A program made the translations under genes and the position numbers. From Octopus bimaculoides (Eukaryota), in assembly GCF_001194135.2 (NCBI RefSeq), contig NC_068991.1, forward strand, positions 17,042,910 to 17,106,909: a DNA stretch of 64,000 bases. Reading direction: 5' to 3'. Under the pieces are notes generated by a model that saw only the letters and a list, made by a program, of their open reading frames with translations, made no database searches and was not told the origin of the DNA. Below, one piece after another: positions 26,097 to 35,513 of this stretch. How positions within the stretch are numbered: the stretch's first letter is position 1; the number at the start of each line of letters is the position of its first letter.

Positions 26097-26820
26097 CAGA
26101 GTCATGCAGGAAGTAAATAGACACCTTTAATTTTCAAAATCTTTTATTTAATATGCAAAGCAAACAATTGAAATGTAATTGATAGGTAGGACTACATACT
26201 TAAGTATTTAGTTGACATTCCCTTTGCAGTTTTTAATTCAGAAACTCTTTTTGGCATTGAACTGATGAGCTTTGTGATTGTCTCTTGTGGAATTTCTGCC
26301 CACTTTTCATGCAACAATCGAAACAATTCATCTTTAGATTTAGGTTTCTGCTGAGTTTTTCGTATAGCTTTATCTAATATGCTCCAAAGATTTTCAATTG
26401 GGTTCATGTCAGTAGATTGGCTCAGCCAAGGAAACGTTTTGATCCCATTTTCAGTCAGCCATTGGTTGATTCCTTTTCGCTGTGTGGCATGGAGCCCCAT
26501 CTTCCATGAATAAAAACTCATTTTTCATTATGTTATCGTGTGAATACATCGGAAGTAGCCCTTGCTTAAGTATTTCAATGTATTTTTTAGAGTTTATTGT
26601 TCCAACACATTCGATCAGCTCAGAACGACCAATGCTGGTAACAGCTCCCCATACCATTACAGAGATACCGCCATGTTTTACAGTTGGTTGGAGTCGTTTC
26701 AAATCAAATTCATGATTGGGAAGCCTCCAGACCCAAACACGTCCACTGTCTGAAAATAATGCAAATCTGGATTCATCTGACAAAGACAATGACATTGCTT
26801 CTGTGAGAGGATGAATCAAA
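26097..26820 (-). mobile_element. 5'-truncated Tc1-family transposon with a frameshifted DD34E transposase
   Basis: SDESRF...VKHGG-SVMVWG...FMEDGAPCH / W..S.DMNPIENLW..KY. Removing one extra A near 26475 gives D-34-E spacing. The TIR-like end CAGAGTCATGCAGGAAGTAAATAGACACC starts at 26097. Confidence 0.9.
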
Positions 26821-26821
26821 C

Positions 26822-27150
26822 TACGTGATCAGATTATGATGTTCTCAGAGAAAGTTGTAGAACTATTGATGTGTGATTGAGTAGACCTAGATGAGCTACA
26901 GTTTGGCTTCTTGCTCAAAAGAGGTACCACAGATGCTATCTTCTTAGTGAGGCAACTAAAGGAGAAATACTTAGTTAAAAATAAACCATTATTCCTGGTT
27001 TTTGTTGATTTGGAGAGGGCCTTGAAAGAGTACTTAGTAATCTGATGGTCATTGAGGAAACTAGATGTAGATGAATGACTTGTGAGAGTTGTACAAACGA
27101 TATACAATGATGCAGTGAGTAAAGTGAGAGTTGTCAATGATTTCAGTTAC
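26822..27150 (+). mobile_element. RTE-clade LINE reverse transcriptase fragment
   Basis: Translates with stops to LDELQFGF..RGTTDAIFLVRQLKEKY..KNKPLFLVFVDLERA..WSLRKL. It abuts and truncates the Tc1 copy. Confidence 0.85.
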
Positions 27151-28960
27151 AGAATTTAGCATCCTTCTCCTTCCTGTTCTTCCTTCTCCTTTTCCCCCTT
27201 CTCCTTTTCCCTATCTCCTTGTTCTTCCTTTCTCCTTCTCCTGTTCTTTCTGTTCCTCTTCCTTTGCTGCCAACAACAACAACATCAATATTAGACACCA
27301 GTAGGACCTACATACAGCCATTTGATGTGCTATAAATAGAAGCCAAGTGTCTTAAGATTCACACTTACTCACTTAACAAAATGGGACAGGAAACATTGGA
27401 TAATGTAGTCCACTACTCCTCTTTAAAAAAGAAGGGATGGTCATAGCTGAAATACCTTTGTTCATAGACCTGCTTGATTAGAGCTGGCCTAGGGTTATAC
27501 ACCAATACCAATAAAAAATATTTACATGTATGTATGTGTATGTGTGTGTATGTACACATGTAAGTTACAATTCCTCCAGTTTTCTTCCTCCCCTCTTTTC
27601 TGTCTATGTCTAATCTATCTTTCTGAAGAAGATTAAATACTCAAAATATTAAAGACATTTCCTGAGTGTCAAACTAGCACCAATTCTGTTTTGTCTTTGA
27701 ATTTCTTCATCTCTCCTTTGTGTTGTATTTTTCATTACCTCTGCACCATCTTACATATAATCCTTTCTATTATAGGCGCAAGGCCTGAAATTTGGGGAAA
27801 GGGGGATAGTCGATTACATCGACCTCATTACTCAATTGGTACTTAATTTATTAACCCCAAAAGGATAAAAGGTAAAGTCGACCTTGGCAGAATTTGAACT
27901 CAGAATATAGCAACGGGTGAAATACCTCTAAGCATTTCGTCCAGAATGCTAACAATTCTTTTCTCCTCTAGGCACAAGGCCTGAAATTTTGGGGGAAGGG
28001 GCCACTCGATTAGATCGACCTCAGTACATGACTGGTACTTAATTTATCATCCCCAAAAGGATGAAAGACAAAGGCAACCTGGTGGGATTTGAACTCAGAA
28101 CGTAAAGACAGACAAAATACCACTAAGCATTTCGCCCAGCGTGCTAATGTTTCTGCCAGCTCGCCGCCTTCCACCATCTTACATATAATAAAACGCAATG
28201 TGTCTCCTTGGCCACGCTGGGGAAAGAACAGTAATACAACTAATGGAGTGGATGTGGGTGACAGTCAGAGACACTAAACGCAGACCAACTGCATTCAAAT
28301 GTTTTGCTCTGAAGATGTATATATTCTAGGGCCAACCAAAGGCCTGTGATTAGATTTGGTACATGAAAACTGAAAGAGCTCCGTATGTATGTATGCACAC
28401 ACACACACGTATATATATATATGTATTATTTATTTATTGCCCACAAGGGGCTAAACATAGAGGGGACAAGCAAAGACAGACAAAGGGATTAAGTCGATTA
28501 CATCGACCCCAGTGCGTAACTGGTACTTAATTTATCGACCACGAAAGGATGAAAGGGAAAGTCGACCTCGGCGTATATATATATATATGTATGTGTGCCT
28601 ATATGTACATGTACATTATGTGTGGGTGTGTGCAGGCACACACACATGCATTATGTGGACAATATTTTCAACCAAGACCTTAGAACCATATTTGATTCTT
28701 CAAGTGCTTCAATTCTGTTTATGTTCATATATTTTCCAGATTGCTGACATTTATTAATGGTTTTTTCCGTTGTGCTGATGAGCCATTTTCTATTATTTAT
28801 AAAACATTGAATGGAAATCCTACATGATGTCAGTGCAGCTTGGTGTGACTCCAAAACACTGTAATTGCCATTTGGTATCATTAGGCTAAAATCAGCATAG
28901 TAAAATAGGGGCTTTTATATGCATACTCAAAATATTTCCTGTAAATGTACTTAAAGGTTT

Positions 28961-29025
<65 letters not shown>

Positions 29026-29027
29026 TT

Positions 29028-29405
29028 GGCTGTGTGGTAAGTAGCTTGCTTACCAACCACATGGTTCCGGGTTCAGTCCCACTGCGTGGCACCTTGGGCG
29101 AGTGTCTTCTACTATAGCCTCAGGCCAACCAAAGCCTTGTGAGTGGATTTGGTACACGGAAAATGAAATAAGCCCGTCATATATATGTATATGTGTTTGT
29201 GTGTCTTTGTTTGTCCACCTAGCATTGCTTGACAACCGATGCTGGTGTGTTTATGTCCCCGTCACTTAGCGGTTCGGCAAAAGAGACCGATAGAATAAGT
29301 ACTAGGCTTACAAAGAATAAGCACTGGGGTCGATTTGCTCGACTAAAGGTGGTGCTCCAGCATGGCCGCAGTCAAATGACTGAAACAAGTAAAAGAATAA
29401 AAGAG
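29028..29405 (+). mobile_element. Full-length tRNA-derived SINE family B (CORE-like centre, internal TA/GT microsatellite)
   Basis: GGCTGTGTGGTAAG A box, GGTTCAGTCCC B box, GGCACCTTGGGC-AGTGTCTT core and GAAACAAGTAAAAGA tail. Copies at about 7914-8189, 19550-19715, 22400-22760 and 44879-45264 (-), and 46195-46350, 48340-48500 and 54440-54590 (+). Confidence 0.85.
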
Positions 29406-29635
29406 TATATGTATATTTATTTATTCTCTAATATCTTTCTTTTTTTTTCTTTTTTTCAGTCAGATTCCTTCTTATATTCTGGAGACATTGGATCCTGGAA
29501 TTCTGATTGCAAGATGTCTGTTACTAATGTGATAATTTAAATGATGCAAGTTACCGTTATCCATCATCACTGTCAACATACACACAGTTTGAATATTCTT
29601 TTATTATATGCCAACTTCAGAATACAGAAGAAGTA

Positions 29636-29668
<33 letters not shown>

Positions 29669-30092
29669 TAGCTATAACCAAGCCTCATTGGCTGCATGGA
29701 GGTATTAGAGATTTTTAAACAAGCTATCAATATAATAAATTTTCCAACTTGATCCATCATCAATATGATTATTAAAGAAATTTTCAGGGTAAAATGGAAC
29801 TATTTTTAAACAAAATCATATATTGAAAACAAATAATTTTAAAAGTTAAAAGATTTTATTTAATAAGGAAAACAGAGAAAGGAAACTTATGATTTTAAGA
29901 TATAACTTTACCAAGATGAGAATTTATTGTCCATTTCACTTTCAGATTATCCCTTTGGGTTCATGCAGGTCCAGCCAAAATGTTTGGTTCATACTCTGAT
30001 TTTTCAGGTCTTGATATAAGATCGATAGATCCCACATACTTCAACATCAACAAAAATAATAAAATTGAAGAAATCACTTCGATCTTGTTACC

Positions 30093-33000
30093 ATGGATAT
30101 GAACCAAATTGATACAAGATTGTTCTCTGAAATGGAAGAATCTTCATTCGAGTCTGTTTCTATTTATGATGAAGCTCCTCAGTTGGTCACCTCTGACACA
30201 GACCTGGCAGTTCAGTCAGTATCCTCTGACGTATCATTAACAAACTTCTTTCAGGAAACGCCAGCATCAGCTGCAACTGAACTACCATCATCCATATTGT
30301 CATCATCTTCATCTTCATCATCATCATCATCATCATCATCATCTTCCTCATCATTAACAACAGCAACACCTTCATTGTCATTGTCATCTTCCAACCAACA
30401 ACCTCAGTCCCAAGCTTCACCTTCTATTATGATTGTTGATGAAGAGCCTCTTGATACTCTACAAATTACCTCGGAGACACCTTCTAAGAACACTAATGCC
30501 ATTAGTGTTACGTTTTCAAAGCCAGTTCAAAGCAATGAGAATCCTTCTGCGTCTCAGCAAAACCTAACCAATGTTTCCAGTCTTCCGGATCAACAACAGG
30601 TTTACCATTCCACCGAGGCAACGAATGTTATTGCTGATGCAGCACCTTTACCCTCAGTTGTAAACGGAGGAAGCATTCAACCAGAGAAATCAGAGAAAAA
30701 CTCTGAACCATCCCCTAATGGGGTTTCTCTGTCAAAGATTGATAAGCCATTCAAATGCGAGTACTGTAAGAAGATGTTTTCTCAGGCCTGTCACCTTACT
30801 CAACACATTCGAACTCACACAGGAGAGAGGCCTTTTAAATGTGACTACTGCCAGAAGGCTTTCACTCTGCGTGGTGACCTCAACCGGCACATTCGCATTC
30901 ACACAGGAGAGAGACCGTTTCATTGTCCACAATGTCCGAAAGCGTTCACACTCCGTGGTGACTTGACTCGGCATGTCAAGATACACTTAGGTACAGATAA
31001 GCTATTCAAGTGCAACAAATGTGAGAAGCGCTTTACCAGTCTTCGCACTCTCTCGATGCATTGCCGGAATGTTCATTTTGAAGAGAAACGCTATCGATGC
31101 AAATACTGTTCTGATTCATTTCCTGCTCTGAGTCATCTAATAAAACACATGAGACTCCACTCACTGAGTCACGGAGACGTTTCTGCAAACAAGGTGTATT
31201 CCACAGGTGAGGTAGGCTTGAACAAGCCACTGAAGATTAGAAGAAGCAATGTAGTTCGCAACTTGGTGAATAACCAAGCTTTATCTCAGGAACAGAACAA
31301 AAAAGTTCTGCAAAACTCTTCAGCATGGTTTAACAACCAGTCAAGGGATTTAACCAATAGGCAGGGAAGCAAGTATAATTTGGACAAGTCTCTTGTGCCC
31401 ACCACTTATTTCTCAACACCTCAATGTCGAAACGTCTTAGATAAGGAACTTAAAAACATTTCAAAAAACCAGCACTTAAGCAATAAAAGCAGCAAACGCT
31501 CATTTGCAGAACAACAGGATGCTGCAGCTAAAATGCTCAAGCGGTCCGAAGTTGAAGAAGTGGTCATTCTTGATGATGACCCAATAGAAGATGGCTTATC
31601 AGTCAATCAGTGCAAAGATAGGAGTAAAGACAGATCAAAGGTGTCAGGTGGAAACAGTAAGGTGCATTTGCCAATTAAAACAATTCGCAGTCAGGAACAT
31701 GGAATAAAAAGAGATTCCAAGAGATTACTGATTCACAGTCGAAACTTCTTGAAGTCAAACTATTCCTCAGCCCCAAAAAAAGACCATGTCCGAAAACAGT
31801 TCCAGTTCTTTGTAAATAGCAGCAGGAATTCCATTGTTGGAAGAAGTCGGCTAGGTGTTCTTGATAAGGATGTACGGACATCCAGTGATGGCCGAGTGGC
31901 GTCAAAAAGTATTGCAATACAAACTGAAAGAGATATAGATGAGAAAAAAATGGAATTTATCCGGAATAATATTGAAAGTGCTGATCTGAAGCATGTTGCC
32001 GTGCATTGCCGCACAAAGACTGGTCAGTGGCTATTTTACTGTGAGAAGTGTAATGAGCTATCCATGAATATTGACTTCAACACATTTTCATTACTGAACT
32101 TAGCTCACCCACCAGATCCAGTAGGTAACTTAGATCATTCTCATAACCCCGTTTCTACTGCTCCCAAAACAAATGAATTGGGGAGAGAGAGGTCTGATGT
32201 CTCGAATTATGATACTTTAGATCTGAACACTGGGAAAAGTAATACCAGGAGATTATCATTAGAAAAGGAACAAACCCGAATCAGTAACAAACCAAATGTT
32301 TTGAGCAACCGAAGAAAGAACAACATGCCATCAAAGACATTCTCTTGTGACCAATGTCCTCTGCAGTTCGTTGGATCTGCTGAACTGGTCAACCACTTGA
32401 AAACTCACACAAGTCAGAACAAGCCAGATATTTATTCATCAAGCAGCAATTTGACTGAAGCGATTAAGAAAAACAGAGAACTAATCCAGATTCTCAATGG
32501 TTATTGTGATCAGTCAGAATTTGATGACCAATTCATTAACAGAAATCTGACCTTTGACCTTACAAACAGTCAGAAGTTTTCATCTGAACTAAATGATTCT
32601 CAGTTCAGTTCCAGTTTTGCAGAAAACCTTTCCCATAGTGACCAGTTTGTTAATCTTGATAGCTATTGTGGCAATAACGAAGACATGGTGCTTCTTGAAG
32701 AGATTTCCACAACCAACACCAACACCAACAACAACAACAACAGCAGCAGCAACAATAACAACAGTATTGAAATGAACTCAGTCATAGATGTTGGTAGTCA
32801 AGACAGGCTTGGAGTAAATTCTCGCAACAAAACCTCAAACTCCATCAGTAACTTTGATGTAAAATTGTCCCTAGTAAATGATTGTTCAGAACTTTCTCAG
32901 GGTAACTTCAAAAATGACAGTGGCGCTTTCCTAACTGTAGACAAATCTCAAGAACTTTCTCGAAATGATATCCTGGCATCAAGAAAAGACCAGTGTGATA

Positions 33001-34805
33001 AAGACATCAACTTCATGACACACAATGTAAATTTTGATGGCCAAGCGGGAGCAACTTATATAGAAGAGAATGCTTACACAAGCAGTCAGTCAGTGAACCA
33101 ACGAAGCACAACATCATCGACATCATTAGCAACAGCAACACAAAATGAAATCATTAATGACATTACTGTAGATCTGAATAAATTTCCAGTGACAAGTGAA
33201 TCCAGTACTGACCTGCAGCAAAACTTCTTTTGTATTGACCAATCTGAAAGTGACCATGATTCACCTCTTGTCATAACATCTGTATCTTCAGGAAACCTTC
33301 CTAATGCAGAAGACTCAGCCAGCTCTGGACATTCTCTGTACACCTGTGAGTTTTGTAAGGTTAATTATTTAACCGTTGACAATTTTGTTAACCACATGTC
33401 AGTGCATGAAGATAAAAGATTGTTTAAGTGTATGATATGCCATATCTACTTCTCCACTGTTGATTCATTCACAACCCACTTCAGAAGACACACACCCAGA
33501 CCAAATTTGAAATCAAACTCTTCTGTTAAAATCGATAATTTGGAGAAAAGTTTTCAGAAGCAAACAGAAACAAACTTGGAGACTGCAGGCCAACAAAATT
33601 CCCAGAACAAAACCTCCAAGCAGTTCAGCAGGGATGGCTTATTTCAATGTAAAATCTGTAGTAAGCAATTTGATAATTACAGCAGTTTGGAGGCCCATCT
33701 GAAGAACCATACTGAACAAAGATCCCTTCCAAGTTCTGATTTGATGACAACTTCTAGTTTGAGAAGTAGTAAAGACTTGAGCCCAGATATCCAAAGATCA
33801 GAAGCTTCCTCAGAAAAGGCCCAGTCACTTGCTATAGTTAACCAGTTTCAATGTGATCAGTGCTTGTCTACATTTCAGCATAAAAATGATTTTATTTCTC
33901 ATTTGAAAACCCACATTGAGAATTTGGAGTTAGCATATAACCAGACTGAGGAGGCAAACAGTTTTCAAAATGTGGACACTTTGTATTTTATTGAGAAATG
34001 TAAAGAAGAATACACAGAACCTACTCAAACAGATCCTTTAAACTGTAAAGAGCTCAAACCTGCCACAAGTCAGGAGAGTTCTTTGAGTACCGCATCTACT
34101 TTAGCTAACAGTGTTGCTGCTACGAACAGCCCTTACTTGTGCAATGTTTGTAATCAGTCATTTGTTGAGCGTCTGCATCTTGTTAAGCATTTAATCACAC
34201 ACATTGGAAATAAACAGGTACTGAACAGCAGTTTAAGAAACCTAGACAGTTCACCAGTGACTATTGAAAATGTAACTCAGGTACAGAACGACAAATTGTA
34301 CAGTTGTAAACACTGCAACAAAGTGTTTACTCATATGCACCAACTACTGAAACATATGGCTGTGCACAGAAAAACCAAGTCTTTTGTCTGTCGCTTTTGC
34401 CAAAAGGAAATAACACTCTACAAAGACTTCATCAACCATCTGAAAATTCACACAGGACCTTTGCAGTGTCCTGTTTGTCGAAAAACATTTTTACATTCGA
34501 GCCTTCTCAAATCACACGTTCTAACTCACAACATTGAGAAAGCATTTGCTTGTCAGTACTGTGATAAATCTTTTGCCCAATCATGTCACTTAACACAGCA
34601 TATACGCACACACACGGGAGAAAAACCATTTGCTTGTTCATATTGCCATAAAGCTTTCTCGCTGCGTGGCGACTTGAATCGACATATTCGTACACACACT
34701 GGCGAGAAACCATACAAATGCACACTGTGTGAGAAAGCTTTTGCATTAAAGGGAGACTTAACCCGACACAAAAACACTCACAAAGCTGAAATCATATTAA
34801 CATGA
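30093..34805 (+). CDS. Single-coding-exon multi-cluster C2H2 zinc-finger protein (1570 aa, 17 C2H2 fingers)
   Basis: Uninterrupted 1570-aa ORF. ATG in strong context (ttaccATGG), in-frame TGA upstream at 30066-30068. I count 17 CxxC-x12-Hx3-4H fingers: 5 N-terminal, 6 dispersed central, 6 C-terminal. TGE(R/K)P linkers occur only in fingers 1-3 and 15-17. Poly-Ser and poly-Asn low-complexity tracts. Confidence 0.95.
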   Translation: MDMNQIDTRLFSEMEESSFESVSIYDEAPQLVTSDTDLAVQSVSSDVSLTNFFQETPASAATELPSSILSSSSSSSSSSSSSSSSSSLTTATPSLSLSSSNQQPQSQASPSIMIVDEEPLDTLQITSETPSKNTNAISVTFSKPVQSNENPSASQQNLTNVSSLPDQQQVYHSTEATNVIADAAPLPSVVNGGSIQPEKSEKNSEPSPNGVSLSKIDKPFKCEYCKKMFSQACHLTQHIRTHTGERPFKCDYCQKAFTLRGDLNRHIRIHTGERPFHCPQCPKAFTLRGDLTRHVKIHLGTDKLFKCNKCEKRFTSLRTLSMHCRNVHFEEKRYRCKYCSDSFPALSHLIKHMRLHSLSHGDVSANKVYSTGEVGLNKPLKIRRSNVVRNLVNNQALSQEQNKKVLQNSSAWFNNQSRDLTNRQGSKYNLDKSLVPTTYFSTPQCRNVLDKELKNISKNQHLSNKSSKRSFAEQQDAAAKMLKRSEVEEVVILDDDPIEDGLSVNQCKDRSKDRSKVSGGNSKVHLPIKTIRSQEHGIKRDSKRLLIHSRNFLKSNYSSAPKKDHVRKQFQFFVNSSRNSIVGRSRLGVLDKDVRTSSDGRVASKSIAIQTERDIDEKKMEFIRNNIESADLKHVAVHCRTKTGQWLFYCEKCNELSMNIDFNTFSLLNLAHPPDPVGNLDHSHNPVSTAPKTNELGRERSDVSNYDTLDLNTGKSNTRRLSLEKEQTRISNKPNVLSNRRKNNMPSKTFSCDQCPLQFVGSAELVNHLKTHTSQNKPDIYSSSSNLTEAIKKNRELIQILNGYCDQSEFDDQFINRNLTFDLTNSQKFSSELNDSQFSSSFAENLSHSDQFVNLDSYCGNNEDMVLLEEISTTNTNTNNNNNSSSNNNNSIEMNSVIDVGSQDRLGVNSRNKTSNSISNFDVKLSLVNDCSELSQGNFKNDSGAFLTVDKSQELSRNDILASRKDQCDKDINFMTHNVNFDGQAGATYIEENAYTSSQSVNQRSTTSSTSLATATQNEIINDITVDLNKFPVTSESSTDLQQNFFCIDQSESDHDSPLVITSVSSGNLPNAEDSASSGHSLYTCEFCKVNYLTVDNFVNHMSVHEDKRLFKCMICHIYFSTVDSFTTHFRRHTPRPNLKSNSSVKIDNLEKSFQKQTETNLETAGQQNSQNKTSKQFSRDGLFQCKICSKQFDNYSSLEAHLKNHTEQRSLPSSDLMTTSSLRSSKDLSPDIQRSEASSEKAQSLAIVNQFQCDQCLSTFQHKNDFISHLKTHIENLELAYNQTEEANSFQNVDTLYFIEKCKEEYTEPTQTDPLNCKELKPATSQESSLSTASTLANSVAATNSPYLCNVCNQSFVERLHLVKHLITHIGNKQVLNSSLRNLDSSPVTIENVTQVQNDKLYSCKHCNKVFTHMHQLLKHMAVHRKTKSFVCRFCQKEITLYKDFINHLKIHTGPLQCPVCRKTFLHSSLLKSHVLTHNIEKAFACQYCDKSFAQSCHLTQHIRTHTGEKPFACSYCHKAFSLRGDLNRHIRTHTGEKPYKCTLCEKAFALKGDLTRHKNTHKAEIILT

Positions 34806-35476
34806 TAAACACTTAATTTTGCTACACCATACCATATATGGCAGGAATTTTAAAAATTTTATGAAACAAAAAAAATTTTGCAGTCTATTTATTTTTCTTC
34901 AAAAAAATTTTTTTCTTTCCTTTGTTGCTTGCCAGTTTAGAGCAAGAAATTAGTTTTTGTAGATTTCTTGACGGGTATATAACATGACTCTTGTGTTTAG
35001 GAATTGAAACAGTGCTCACTTACTTCTTGAGGGTTAACTCTGTTCAAACCAAATACAAAGAGGTAAATTGCAAATATATATATATTTAAACCTTTCACTT
35101 GTTCTTTTTCTTCATTTGTGTGTGTTTGTGTGTATATTTTTCTGTTATTTTAAAATTTACTTTGTTCAGATTTTTTTTTAACCCAACTACAATTATTGTG
35201 TCACCAAAACTACAATCTTGGTCTGACAGTGGAAATGGAAGTGAAATAATCTATTTCTGACATCTGGTTTGTTGATGTAAGGAAACCAAGTTTCTGGAAT
35301 TTCTCATTAAAAAGCACTGGTGATGGTGTGACATAAAAAGCACCCATTTACACTGTAAAGTGGCTTGCTTTACAAAAGGCATCCAGCCATAGAAACCAAG
35401 CCAAAACAGACAATGGAACCTGGTCTTGCCAGTTCCTGTCAAGCCATCCAACCCATGCCAGTATGGAAAATGTTGA

Positions 35477-35513
<37 letters not shown>

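Noticed and set aside
30187-34777. Short antisense and alternative-frame ORFs inside the ZNF CDS
   Set aside because: By-products of the long ORF and its TCA/AAC repeats; no independent motif or splice support.
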